A stretch of 64,000 nt of DNA from Candidatus Poribacteria bacterium (GTDB lineage Bacteria; Poribacteria; WGA-4E; WGA-3G): assembly GCA_028824125.1 (NCBI GenBank), contig JAPPES010000036.1, positions 15,476 through 79,475 on the forward strand, written 5' to 3'. This document shows positions 1 to 10,595 of this stretch, one piece after another. Numbering within the stretch: position 1 is the first letter of the stretch; every line of letters begins with the position of its first letter. The notes beneath the pieces are model-generated. The model searched no databases, was not told where the DNA came from, and saw nothing but the letters and a program-made list of their open reading frames with translations. Position numbers and translations under genes: made by a program.

Positions 1-391
1 TTGGGATTTGCACGTAAGCGATACCTCGCATGTAGACCGCAGCCGCAAAACCCGCTAAATCGCCGATAACACCGCCGCCCAGGGCAATTAACGTTGAACC
101 TCTATCCAGTTGATTTTCAACTAAGCTATCCTGTATCCGAGCAAACTGTTCTAACGATTTGCTTTCTTCTCCGACAGGAATATCAACTATAGCAACATCA
201 AACCCTGAACTCTTTAAACTTTCCATGACCAACGGAGCATAACGATGATTGACAAAGACATCCGTAACAAGCAGTGCTTTTGTTGATTTTGCACAAGATT
301 TAAGATATTCGCCAATCCGATTGAGAATCCCCGACCCAACGAATAGTGGATACCTGTTTTCATTGAGTTCAACGTGTAAGGTTTTTATCAT
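1..391 (-). CDS. aroB: 3-dehydroquinate synthase, N-terminal part (gene continues beyond the window start)
   Basis: The reverse-strand translation starts MIKTLHVELNENRYPLF. Further on it reads GSTLIALGGGVIGDLAGFAAAVYMRGIAYVQIP, the AroB Gly-rich NAD-binding motif. Its start codon overlaps the aroK stop as ATGA. Confidence 0.8.
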   Translation of the reverse strand, partial: MIKTLHVELNENRYPLFVGSGILNRIGEYLKSCAKSTKALLVTDVFVNHRYAPLVMESLKSSGFDVAIVDIPVGEESKSLEQFARIQDSLVENQLDRGSTLIALGGGVIGDLAGFAAAVYMRGIAYVQIP

Positions 392-936
392 TTTGCTTTT
401 GGTGTTCTCACTGTTCTAAAATAGATTCTTTTTATATCTGCAGTGATTTCTTCAAACGATCTGTCGGTTGTTTGCACGGTATGATCCGCTTGCGCATAAT
501 AGGGCGCGCGTTCTGCAAACATTGATCGAATTGTTTCCATTGCATCAGGGGTTTGCAGCAGGGGACGGTGCGTTTGATGACTAACGCGGCGATAGATTTC
601 TTCCGGTGTAGCCGTTAGGCAGAAAATAATTCCGTTTTCTTTTAGCTGAGCGACGTTTGTTTCTTTTAAAACAACGCCGCCTCCGGTAGAAATAACATGA
701 TTGTCCAATTTAGAGACTTTACTAACCGCTTCACTTTCAAGTTCGCGGAAAAAGGTTTCGCCATCTTGTTCAAAAATATCACTGATGTGTCGTTGGCTGT
801 CCTTTTCAATGACATTGTCAGTATCAACATATCGCATCCGAAGTTGCGAAGCAAGCCTTTTAGCGATTGAAGTTTTTCCAGTACCCATAAAACCGACAAG
901 GACGATATTCGGGTTTCTTTTGAGCGGTCGATCCAC
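388..936 (-). CDS. aroK: shikimate kinase
   Basis: The 182 aa ORF carries the Walker A motif IVLVGFMGTGKTS. Its size and aroK-aroB operon order are classic. Confidence 0.9.
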   Translation of the reverse strand: MDRPLKRNPNIVLVGFMGTGKTSIAKRLASQLRMRYVDTDNVIEKDSQRHISDIFEQDGETFFRELESEAVSKVSKLDNHVISTGGGVVLKETNVAQLKENGIIFCLTATPEEIYRRVSHQTHRPLLQTPDAMETIRSMFAERAPYYAQADHTVQTTDRSFEEITADIKRIYFRTVRTPKAK

Positions 937-1132
937 TTGTTTTCGCCTTCCTACAATTGCGAGCGAATTTATCTACTTTCTCACGTGCATTACATACTGT
1001 TGCTCCAATTATAGCATTTTTCAAAAATTATGTAAAGGTTTTGCAGGTTGTCAAAAACGAAAAACTTGCAATTTTCAAAAAAATTTGGTAGAATTAGAAT
1101 GAATCCCTTTCAATTAGGAGGATGTATACTAA

Positions 1133-1363
1133 ATGGACATTAGAATTGAGTACTGCACATCTTGAAACTATAAACCACGGGCAGCCAGTTTGGCAAAAGC
1201 CTTAGAAGAACAATATAGTGGTCAGGTTAAAGAAGTGAAGCTTGTTGAAAGTAGTGGTGGTGCTTTTGAAGTATATCTAAATGAAGAATTGCTCTACTCC
1301 AAATTAGAGTCACGACAATTTCCGACAACGGAACAGATCACCACAGCGATTGACAAAGTATAA
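1133..1363 (+). CDS. selW: SelW/Rdx-family selenoprotein, 76 aa, with an in-frame UGA (Sec) at 1163..1165
   Basis: An AGGAGG RBS lies 11 nt upstream of the ATG at 1133. The translation is MDIRIEYCTS-U-NYKPRAASLAKALEEQYSGQVKEVKLVESSGGAFEVYLNEELLYSKLESRQFPTTEQITTAIDKV. It shows the CxxU redox motif, the GGAFEV motif and the conserved SK...RFP motif of the Rdx/SelW family. The ORF track stops at the TGA, but the frame continues in family-typical sequence to the TAA at 1361. Confidence 0.75.
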
Positions 1364-1372
1364 CAAATAGTT

Positions 1373-1409
1373 ATGGGCATGGTAGTACTACCATGCCCAT
1401 TCTTTTTTT
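1373..1409 (+). terminator. Rho-independent terminator downstream of the SelW-like gene
   Basis: A perfect 12 bp stem (atgggcatggta / taccatgcccat) is followed by a ttcttttttt run, immediately after the TAA. Confidence 0.8.
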
Positions 1410-1442
1410 ATAATTAACGTTGGCTCGGTATAAGAAGCAGTT

Positions 1443-1615
1443 TTTTGTAGCGCAAACTTTTAGTTTGCGTTCCACGTATGCACAAACTAATGAAGATTAA
1501 GAAAATAAATCGGTAATTTGGCGAGGTTAGGAAACCTCGCCAGCAGCGGGGTACGCGCGTCTCGTACGGGCAGAAAAGTTACCGAATTAATAAATTAATC
1601 TTCATAAGTTTGTGC
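1443..1615. repeat. MITE/REP-like intergenic element (family B)
   Basis: A long inverted repeat (gcacaaactaatgaagattaag ... ttaatcttcataagtttgtgc) flanks nested hairpins (cggtaat...attaccg and ggcgaggttaggaaacctcgcc). The same core hairpin recurs at ~10788 and ~50830. A related gtagcgNaaact / tgcacaaactaat module recurs at 35198..35340. Confidence 0.6.
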
Positions 1616-1665
1616 TACAAGCAGAGGACGCCAAATCTTCGTATTTATAGATTTTACGAGATTCC

Positions 1666-2727
1666 CTATACAAAAAGCACCCACATTGGATTTTTACCGA
1701 CCTCATAAGTTTCAATATTCTTGAGTAAACCACTCTCCCGATTGATACGGTAAGTAGCAAGTTTGCCGGATCCTTGCCCACCCGCAAATAGGAAATTACC
1801 AGTTTCGTCAATGTTGAAAACACGTGGCGTTGGTTCTGTCCGTTGGTGTCCCAAGGCGGTTAATTCTCCACTCTCTTCATCAATTGAAAACATTGCAATA
1901 CTGTCATGCCCGCGATTTGAAACATAAAGAAATTTCGCGTGTGGATCAATATGAATTTGTGCGCAGCTATTATGTTCATCAAAATCCGCGGGAAGTGTGG
2001 AAAGCGTTTGGAATCCCCACAATAAACCTGGGGCATCGTGAACAGTGTAGTCAGGAACACCTGACTTTGGAATTGAGACCTCTGGAGCTCCTTTTTGGAG
2101 ATTGTAAGCAGATACGCTTGATCCCTGTTCATTTGAGAAGTAGAAGATCGGTTTGTTAGGATGTTCGCAGTAATGGCGAGGTCCAACCGGATCATCGGGA
2201 TTTAAATTTCCGAAGAAGTTTTCAGTTAGCATGCCTGTATTCGGATCAAAGTGGAATTGATATATTGCGTTCCGAGGCACGGTGTGCGGGACAAAAGCAA
2301 AACGGTTGGAGGCATCTGTCTCAATATAATGAGCATGCGGTGCCGTTTCAACGGTTTGAATTAATTTATCTTGGACAGTTTTATCTTCTCCTATAGCATG
2401 CACGGTAACTTTGCCAGCACCGTAGTACGCTGCAAGCAAATAACTACCTGTCTTGTCTGTTGCGATGTAGCATGTATCTGCATCAAGTTGAACTGTTCGC
2501 AAAAGTGTCAACTGCTTACTTTGTTCATCAATACGGAAAGTTGAGATTTCTCGACTGGAGCGGAGTCCAGCATAAAGATAGTTACCACATGGAGATAGGG
2601 TTAATGGGCCAGGAGAACCAGTTACATTAACATCTTCCTGAAATGCAATCGCGCCGTCTGAAACATCAAACGTATAAATAGCGATTCTGTTTTCTCCTGC
2701 AATGGAGAGATATAAATGAGATTGCAT
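1666..2727 (-). CDS. 6-phosphogluconolactonase / 3-carboxymuconate cyclase-like 7-bladed beta-propeller lactonase
   Basis: The 353 aa ORF has the typical Pgl-lactonase-family N-terminus (LYLSIAGENRIAIYTFD) and repeated propeller blades. Confidence 0.65.
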   Translation of the reverse strand: MQSHLYLSIAGENRIAIYTFDVSDGAIAFQEDVNVTGSPGPLTLSPCGNYLYAGLRSSREISTFRIDEQSKQLTLLRTVQLDADTCYIATDKTGSYLLAAYYGAGKVTVHAIGEDKTVQDKLIQTVETAPHAHYIETDASNRFAFVPHTVPRNAIYQFHFDPNTGMLTENFFGNLNPDDPVGPRHYCEHPNKPIFYFSNEQGSSVSAYNLQKGAPEVSIPKSGVPDYTVHDAPGLLWGFQTLSTLPADFDEHNSCAQIHIDPHAKFLYVSNRGHDSIAMFSIDEESGELTALGHQRTEPTPRVFNIDETGNFLFAGGQGSGKLATYRINRESGLLKNIETYEVGKNPMWVLFV

Positions 2728-2785
2728 ACTTTTCCCTCAATTATTAGTTTTAATCTAAATGTTCAACATTTACGCTAATTGGGTT

Positions 2786-3775
2786 TCATTTTTTGCCTTT
2801 TTTGAGAGTAGATTCAATCATCGCATGAGTCTTCGGTTCGCTACAGAGACTGAGGAATACCTCATGTTCAAGGTCAAGCAGGACCTGTTCGGCAACATAC
2901 TGTGGTGCTGAAAGCATGCCTCCACAGAACACATAAGCCAGTTTTTCAGCAAGAAATTGTTCATAATCGTTGACAGTACCAGCTTGCTTCAATTCTTGAA
3001 TGTGTTGTTTTAGGCGGTTATGCCCCTCTTCTCCTAACACAAATATCTCACGAGGTTGAGGTGATTGATAACCGCTTTCCCAAAGTGAAAGCGCCAATTG
3101 TTTGGCATCATAGAGATGGTTAATTCTTTGATGAGAAATAAGGTCGGTTTTGCGAAGATAACCCAGCTCTACTGCATCTGCAGCATTTTGCGAAACCTTC
3201 GCTTGACGAATAGTCTCAAATGCCATCAGGATAAGTGAAAACAGCTGCTGAATTGGCAGCGATGTCTGTTGACCTTCTAAACAGCGAAACGCCATCTCAG
3301 TAGTTCCACCACCGCCCGGGATGAGTCCCACGCGAAGTTCAACAAGTCCAAGTTTGCTGTTAGTGAAAGCCTGCACAGCATCAGCACCAAACGCGAGTTC
3401 GCATCCACCGCCAAGTGCCATGCCAACCGTTGCTGCCACGACAGGTTTTGTTGAAAGACGTAAGCGAGTGCAAACCTTTTGTAGATTTCTAAGCGTTTTT
3501 GAAATAGAGTCCCAATCTTTATTTTGGGCACGTTCAAGTAAAAGAATAAGGTTGAGCCCTACCGAAAAATTGTCCGCTTCCGTACCAATAACCATACCAG
3601 AATAATTCGTTGCAACCTCGTCCAGTGCAGAGTCGAGAATTGCTAATGTGCTATCCTCTATAATGTTCAATTTGCCGTGTAGTTCAAAATAGGTGATACC
3701 ATCGCCTATGTCAAAGAGACTTGCTTCTGCGTTAGAAATGATCTGTTTAGAATCTGATATTTTAGACGTTGACAT
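2786..3775 (-). CDS. enoyl-CoA hydratase/isomerase (crotonase) family protein with a C-terminal extension
   Basis: The crotonase-fold oxyanion motif GMALGGGCELAF and the VAATVG segment are present. Overall length is 329 aa. Confidence 0.65.
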   Translation of the reverse strand: MSTSKISDSKQIISNAEASLFDIGDGITYFELHGKLNIIEDSTLAILDSALDEVATNYSGMVIGTEADNFSVGLNLILLLERAQNKDWDSISKTLRNLQKVCTRLRLSTKPVVAATVGMALGGGCELAFGADAVQAFTNSKLGLVELRVGLIPGGGGTTEMAFRCLEGQQTSLPIQQLFSLILMAFETIRQAKVSQNAADAVELGYLRKTDLISHQRINHLYDAKQLALSLWESGYQSPQPREIFVLGEEGHNRLKQHIQELKQAGTVNDYEQFLAEKLAYVFCGGMLSAPQYVAEQVLLDLEHEVFLSLCSEPKTHAMIESTLKKGKK

Positions 3776-3825
3776 TTCAATTGTTACCTCAAAAATGAAA
3801 ACTCAAGATGCTTATGAACGAATGA

Positions 3826-4224
3826 TTATTCATCAAAATTGTAGATGATTTGGTCGAAAGAATCACGAGCAAAAGTGAATATGAAAACCAGCGGTTCGGT
3901 ACCAATGCAACGGACGGTGTGCTTGGCATTAGGCGGAATGTAGACTGCAGAACCCGGACCGAGTTCTGCCTCACAATCGTCAATCTGCATGTGTCCATTA
4001 CCGCTGATGATGTAATACGTTTCCTCAGGTTCGTGGTGATGGAGCAAAAGTGAAGCACCAGGCGGCACCTCTGCTATACCCATGACAAGTCCCTTGCTCG
4101 GACCGCGTTCAGCTGTGATAAGCAGTTTCCAACGAATTGGACTTTTGGCAGCGATGTCCGGGTCATCCCAACTTTCCCACTCAAGTTCTGCTTGATTGAT
4201 AAAAATCGGTTTTTGGATGTCCAT
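3826..4224 (-). CDS. cupin domain protein
   Basis: The His-rich cupin motifs LLLHHHEPEETYYIISG and PPNAKHTV are present. The start was chosen at MDIQK, which has an upstream AGAGGT RBS. Confidence 0.6.
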   Translation of the reverse strand: MDIQKPIFINQAELEWESWDDPDIAAKSPIRWKLLITAERGPSKGLVMGIAEVPPGASLLLHHHEPEETYYIISGNGHMQIDDCEAELGPGSAVYIPPNAKHTVRCIGTEPLVFIFTFARDSFDQIIYNFDE

Positions 4225-4370
4225 AAGTTTACCTCTGTGCGGACTTAGCATTCTCCTAATCGAAAATTCAGAGCAACCCTACAGTAATAATCATTAGCTG
4301 ATTTGGAGCTGCTATTTTTAGTAATTGATTATCTCGGATAACTATGCTATTATACAGAAAAAGGAGTATT

Positions 4371-4655
4371 ATGACAATCCAAAAATTTCAGAAGCAAATT
4401 GAGGCTATCTATTACACACGTGATGCTGATCGTGGGATTCCATTAACCTTCGTATGGTTCGTTGAAGAGGTAGGGGAGTTAGCAAAAGAAATCCGCAAAC
4501 AACCACAGAATAAGCAAAGACTACGCGAGGAATTTGCCGATGTATTCGCATGGCTATCCACTTTAGCGAGTTTGCTTGATATTTCTCTTGAAGATGCCGC
4601 GCAAATTTATGCAGAGGGGTGCCCGAAGTGTAATGCTATACCGTGCGATTGTTAA
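4371..4655 (+). CDS. MazG-like nucleotide pyrophosphohydrolase domain protein with a C-terminal Cys cluster
   Basis: An AAGGAG RBS precedes the start. The EEVGELAKEI...EEFADVFAWL pattern is typical of the MazG/NTP-PPase EExxE...ExxD helix pair. The C-terminus is CPKCNAIPCDC. Confidence 0.5.
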   Translation: MTIQKFQKQIEAIYYTRDADRGIPLTFVWFVEEVGELAKEIRKQPQNKQRLREEFADVFAWLSTLASLLDISLEDAAQIYAEGCPKCNAIPCDC

Positions 4656-6407
4656 TCAATTAGTTCCATTCAAAAAACGCTCAAAGTTACCACCGAATAG
4701 ATTGTTGACATCTCGTTCAATTTCTGATGTGGTAAGTGTCCATCCGACATCTAAAATGGATTGATATTTTTCTACTAAAACGTCAGCAATGATCTGACGC
4801 GAGTGTTTCCACTTGTAGATAAGTTGGTCTAAGATTCGCGCGTCGGAATGTTGTGGAATGACGCTCAAACCGAGCAGCTCAATCCGTTCACGGGTAATCT
4901 CCTCAATCACACTCGGATTGTTCATAAACCACCAACACCCGAATATCATCAAGTTTTTGAATTTGCGTCCAATAACACACAATTCATGCTGGTTTTCACG
5001 TGAGAGCAATGTCACAAGGAATTTATTATCAGGATTTTCACGGAGAAGCGTCTCCAGGCTTGTCAAATCTGCCTTTCCGGTGCCATCACCTGCCATTTTG
5101 AGTTGTGGGTTCACTGCCCGTTTAACACCAATCATTAACGCGAATGGAACGTTGAATTCACGTGAAATAGGTAAAATGCAATTATCAAATAACCTTCCGA
5201 GGACACCATCATTAGGATATTGAAAATCAGGCGGTAGGGAAACAGCCATATATTTTGGGTTCATCCGCTGTATCCATGTTTCCAAAAAACGTCGGACCTC
5301 TTTGTAGCCTTTCTCAGATGAGAGCGTTGGATCAACTTCATAACCGAGTCCGCGCAGGTGTTCATAAGCTGTGTCTTCGTAGCTGTTTATGAGAACATCC
5401 ATCCGAAGTGCTGCCTCAAAACGAGTGTCACCCGTATCACCTGATTCCCACACTGGCGCCTCAGCAGGATCAAACGGGTCGTTTGTCATAACAACTTTGG
5501 AGACGTTTGCGCTTTCAAAAACAGTATCAATAAAATCTTCTACAGTGGTATCTGCAAAATAGTCACGATAATCTTGTAGATTGCGAGAACTCACATCCAA
5601 TCCTAATTCGTCCAGTGTGGTAACGACGCCACGGCACGCTTCACTAATCGGAGAATTTTCAATGAAAAGTGTCTGCCAAATCAGTTCTGCTTGCTGCGCT
5701 TTTGTCATACTCCAAAATTGTTGATAGGAAACATCGGCTTTGCGGAATACTTCAGCGATGAGATAGTGATAGGTGAGCAGCTCATCAATTCCCCAGAGCA
5801 AAAGTTCACCAAAAGGTGGACTAAAAAGATGCGTGTGGATATCAGTGATTTTTTGGGAGTGAATAGCCTCAGAAATGGCGGTACTCAATTGATCAGTCGT
5901 TTTAATTTCTGTGTTTCTATTTGTATTAGGATGGTTCATATTGGGCTCCGGGTTGACTTTGTGACGGATATAGTTAACAACCTCCTCAGGCGGATGTTTT
6001 CCAAACCGGACATAAACGCCACGGAAGTTTTCAAGACGTGTAGGTTTCGCGAAAGGACTGAGCAGCACCCCGTTTTTGTCAACGTAATAACTGCGGAACA
6101 TTGTCCAAGGACGCTCAAGTTTGTAACAACATGCTGTGACGATGAGGCTTTCTATTCCGCAGCTGTAATGAAAAGGTAAAAAGTATTTGTAAAGTGGGCC
6201 AACCAGAAGAATAGTTGATAACAGCAGAACAACAATTGACTGAAATCCAAAATAGACGGTAAGAAGAATCAGAGAGAGGAACAGTAATAACAGCACTGAC
6301 CGTCTCCAATTCTCAACAAGTGGGTGCACAGACCAAGAGATTTCTCTTGTATGTGTCTGTTCGGATAGGGAATCAGCCTCTTCAACGGGCCGGTGTTCTT
6401 CCTGCAC
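4656..6407 (-). CDS. uxaC: glucuronate (uronate) isomerase UxaC-family domain preceded in-frame by a ~156 aa two-TM membrane/PH-like N-terminal region
   Basis: The C-terminal 428 aa aligns with UxaC landmarks: DIHTHL (compare DYHCHL), FGCWWFMN (compare GSGWWFND) and SD.R. The N-terminal 156 aa contains two hydrophobic helices and is in frame with no stop codon. An internal MNHPNT start at 5939 is an alternative. Confidence 0.6.
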   Translation of the reverse strand: MQEEHRPVEEADSLSEQTHTREISWSVHPLVENWRRSVLLLLFLSLILLTVYFGFQSIVVLLLSTILLVGPLYKYFLPFHYSCGIESLIVTACCYKLERPWTMFRSYYVDKNGVLLSPFAKPTRLENFRGVYVRFGKHPPEEVVNYIRHKVNPEPNMNHPNTNRNTEIKTTDQLSTAISEAIHSQKITDIHTHLFSPPFGELLLWGIDELLTYHYLIAEVFRKADVSYQQFWSMTKAQQAELIWQTLFIENSPISEACRGVVTTLDELGLDVSSRNLQDYRDYFADTTVEDFIDTVFESANVSKVVMTNDPFDPAEAPVWESGDTGDTRFEAALRMDVLINSYEDTAYEHLRGLGYEVDPTLSSEKGYKEVRRFLETWIQRMNPKYMAVSLPPDFQYPNDGVLGRLFDNCILPISREFNVPFALMIGVKRAVNPQLKMAGDGTGKADLTSLETLLRENPDNKFLVTLLSRENQHELCVIGRKFKNLMIFGCWWFMNNPSVIEEITRERIELLGLSVIPQHSDARILDQLIYKWKHSRQIIADVLVEKYQSILDVGWTLTTSEIERDVNNLFGGNFERFLNGTN

Positions 6408-6410
6408 GGG

Positions 6411-6866
6411 CTACTCTGTTTCTTCTTTAGGGGTGATAGTACCTTTTGGATCTTCCTCAGGTGTTTCTGCTGGTGTTTCATCACCGTTTTCTTTTTTAGT
6501 AGTGATAGCACCTTTCGGATCTTCTTCAGTAGCGTCCTCTTCTACTTTCGCTCCATCTTCAGCGCCAGTAGCTTCTTGTGATTGTTCTGTATCTTCATTT
6601 AATGGCGTAAGGGTATTCTCTCCTGTTTCACCATAAAATCGCATCAATAAGAGCGAAATGACCATAAATCCGATAGCAATCCAAGTGGTAAGCTTGCTAA
6701 GGAACGTTGCGGCACCGTGGCCTCCGAGTACTGATTGCATGCCAGAACCTCCAAAGGCACTCGATGAAAGTCCTTCACCCTTACTGTCCTGTAAAAGAAT
6801 GATCAGTGTTAAGACAACACAAACTGGAACAAAAATTATGATTGCTATTGTTACGAAAACTCCCAT
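6411..6866 (-). CDS. secG: preprotein translocase subunit SecG with an acidic repeat-containing C-terminal tail
   Basis: The sequence has two TM helices and the conserved LLQ.SKGEGL...FGGSG signature. The tail contains the EEDPKG(A/T)IT repeat twice. Confidence 0.8.
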   Translation of the reverse strand: MGVFVTIAIIIFVPVCVVLTLIILLQDSKGEGLSSSAFGGSGMQSVLGGHGAATFLSKLTTWIAIGFMVISLLLMRFYGETGENTLTPLNEDTEQSQEATGAEDGAKVEEDATEEDPKGAITTKKENGDETPAETPEEDPKGTITPKEETE

Positions 6867-6907
6867 AAGATAATCCTCTTTAAAATTGCCTGAAAGGCTA
6901 TTTAATA

Positions 6908-7663
6908 TTATAATGCACTTTTCACGATTTCAGCGAAGGATTCGGCTTGAAGGCTTGCGCCGCCGACCAAGGCACCATCTACATCGGGTTGTGCCATTAA
7001 TTCTGCTGCGTTTTCTGGTTTTACGCTGCCACCGTATTGAATACGTGTTTGAGATGCAACTTCATCCGAATATGCATCTGTCAATAATTTCCGAATAAGA
7101 CTGTGTACTTCTTGTGCTTGTGCTGGCGTTGCGGTTTTACCTGTTCCGATTGCCCAGACAGGTTCATAAGCTACAACGCTGGACAACAATTGCGCATCTG
7201 ATAAATCAGCAATGCCTCCTGTGATATGATCTTCAATAACCGTTTCGGTACGACCTGCTTCACGGTCTTCAAGTTGTTCACCCACACAGATAATAGGTTT
7301 CAAATCGTGAGATAATGCGGCTTTCACTTTTTGATTGACACTCTCGTTTGTCTCACCGAAGTATTGCCGCCGTTCTGAATGCCCGATAATAACGTAGTCA
7401 CACCCTACATCTTTCAACATCGGTGCTGATACTTCACCTGTAAATGCGCCGCTATCTTCCCAATAAACATCTTGTGCAGCGAGATGAATGTTGCTGCCTT
7501 TTAGGACACCACTTACAGCATGAAGCGCAGTAAAAGTTGGCGCTACAATTATTTCTACTCCAGTGCAGTCAGTAACTAAACCTTTTAGCTCTGTTGTCAG
7601 GGCAACTGCTTCTGAAATTGTGTTATTTAGTTTCCAATTTCCTGCTATGATAGGTGTTCGCAT
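6908..7663 (-). CDS. tpiA: triosephosphate isomerase
   Basis: The N-terminus is [14 protein letters not shown], and IGHSERR and [11 protein letters not shown] are present. The start was chosen at an internal Met with an AGGAAGG RBS. Confidence 0.9.
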   Translation of the reverse strand: MRTPIIAGNWKLNNTISEAVALTTELKGLVTDCTGVEIIVAPTFTALHAVSGVLKGSNIHLAAQDVYWEDSGAFTGEVSAPMLKDVGCDYVIIGHSERRQYFGETNESVNQKVKAALSHDLKPIICVGEQLEDREAGRTETVIEDHITGGIADLSDAQLLSSVVAYEPVWAIGTGKTATPAQAQEVHSLIRKLLTDAYSDEVASQTRIQYGGSVKPENAAELMAQPDVDGALVGGASLQAESFAEIVKSAL

Positions 7664-7676
7664 AGTCCTTCCTATT

Positions 7677-8768
<1,092 letters not shown>

Positions 8769-9093
8769 TTACCAACTCACAATATAGATTCTCATACTAA
8801 GTCATTGAATAATTTGCAATTAAGTGATTTATCTATAAAAACTTTAATAATTATACCTCAAAATGTAATAAATTGCAAATGTGTTATTGGGTTATAGATT
8901 TGGCTTGACCTTTTTAGATAAGATATGCTATTATCTTCGTAAAGGTAGGCGTAAGAAGTGATCTTATGAACCCAAAGAGACCAGAACATTCGTTCTTCAA
9001 GAAAAAGCAGGTAAAAGGCGCAATTTATTGCGCGATCACAAACAGAAAATAAAATTTGTAACAAATATCAATTTTAGAGGAGAAATCACAGAC

Positions 9094-10473
9094 ATGTCCT
9101 ATTTAAATCCGTTACGGCAAACGTCAAAAACAACACATCTCGCAACATTAGGGATGGGCCTGCTCTGCTTAATGTTCTTGTGGAGTTGCCAGTCGCCGGA
9201 TAAGCAACAGGATCAACTCATTATAATATCACCACATCCGGAAAGTATTGAGACAGAATTCGGCAGTAATTTTGAAAAATGGTATGAAGCAGAGACAGGC
9301 AGACCTGTCAAAACGGATTGGCGAGATGTCGGTGGTACTTCAGACAATTATCGGTTCATTGAATCTGAGTTTAAACGTGTGCCTGATGGTATCGGGATTG
9401 ATATTTTCTTTGGCGGTGGTACCGACAATTATCTCCGTTTGGCTGAAATGGATTTGTTGACTTCATACAAACTGCCCGATGCCCAATTAGCACAGATTCC
9501 GCAGTCGTATCATGGGATTCCTGTCTACGATTCTAAACAACGGTGGTATGGTGCGGCGTTATCAAGTTTCGGTATTATGTATAATGATCAGCTGCGTGAG
9601 CTGAAAAACTTACCGAAAGCTACAAAATGGGAGGATTTGGGAGACATCGCGTTGATCAATCAAATTGGTGCTGCTGATCCGAGAAATAGCGGTAGTGCAC
9701 ACATGATGTATGAGATTATCCTTCAGACACACGGATGGGAAAAAGGGTTTGCGCTCCTCACGAAATTGGGCGGAAACGTGAAGAAGTTCTCTGCTGGTGC
9801 CAATGTTATTCCAAGAGATGTTGGAAATGGTCAAGTGATTTACGGGTTAGCGATTGATTTTTATGCTTATAGCCAGATTGCAGCACTTGGTCATGAAAAA
9901 ATCAAATATGTTCTACCAACCGATGGCATTGTTGTCAATCCTGACTCCATCGCAATTCTGAAAGGTGCACCGAACATGGCGGTAGCGAAAAAATTTGTTG
10001 AGTTCGTTTTGTCTGAACAGGCGCAAAAACTGTGGATGCTGCGCGACACCGATGCGGAGGGACCTAAATGGAAAGGGGGATTGAACCGTGCCAGTGTACT
10101 ACCCGTGTTGTATGACGAATTGGGAGATCGGTGTGTTGTAAATAACCCGTTTGCCTTGGAATTGTCGCCATTTCCTTATGATGCTGATAAAGGTAGCGCA
10201 CGGTGGGATATTGTCAACGATCTCTTCGGAATTCTCATTATTGATTCACATATAGACCTTGTTGATGCGTGGAAAGCGATCGCGGCATGTAAAGACGATG
10301 CGAAGCGCGAGGCGGCAATCACAGCCATGGTGGAAATGCCGATTACTGAGGACGAGGCGATGCAAGTTGCCGCTGATAAATGGAAAGACCCTATCTATCG
10401 CAACGAGCAGATTAAAGAGTGGGGTCAATTCGCTAAGCAGAAGTTCAAAAAAGCAAAAGATTTGGCGCAGTGA
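9094..10473 (+). CDS. extracellular solute-binding protein (ABC-transporter SBP family 1-like), lipoprotein
   Basis: A GAGGAG RBS precedes the start. A signal peptide with a lipobox-like LWSC is present. The fold is periplasmic-binding, with the DIFFGGGTDNY motif. Confidence 0.6.
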   Translation: MSYLNPLRQTSKTTHLATLGMGLLCLMFLWSCQSPDKQQDQLIIISPHPESIETEFGSNFEKWYEAETGRPVKTDWRDVGGTSDNYRFIESEFKRVPDGIGIDIFFGGGTDNYLRLAEMDLLTSYKLPDAQLAQIPQSYHGIPVYDSKQRWYGAALSSFGIMYNDQLRELKNLPKATKWEDLGDIALINQIGAADPRNSGSAHMMYEIILQTHGWEKGFALLTKLGGNVKKFSAGANVIPRDVGNGQVIYGLAIDFYAYSQIAALGHEKIKYVLPTDGIVVNPDSIAILKGAPNMAVAKKFVEFVLSEQAQKLWMLRDTDAEGPKWKGGLNRASVLPVLYDELGDRCVVNNPFALELSPFPYDADKGSARWDIVNDLFGILIIDSHIDLVDAWKAIAACKDDAKREAAITAMVEMPITEDEAMQVAADKWKDPIYRNEQIKEWGQFAKQKFKKAKDLAQ

Positions 10474-10481
10474 TTGCAAAG

Positions 10482-10507
10482 TAGTAGGCACACGCCGTGT
10501 GCCGTCC
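10482..10507. repeat. palindromic hairpin element gtaggcacacgccgtgtgccgtcca (likely bidirectional terminator / REP)
   Basis: A perfect 17 bp palindrome ggcacacgccgtgtgcc lies 8 nt after the SBP stop codon. The same element recurs inverted at 20430..20455. Confidence 0.6.
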
Positions 10508-10595
10508 ATCATATTTTCCCTAACGAATTATATAGCAGATTTGCGGTTAAGATACACTGTATAACCTAATGCTTTGTCAACATATTATTATTATA

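Noticed and set aside
6115-6636. Small ORFs on both strands overlapping secG and the uxaC-like N-terminus (e.g. 6393..6581, 6433..6636)
   Set aside because: They are embedded within better-supported genes, and the Ser/Phe-rich translations are typical of alternate-frame artefacts.
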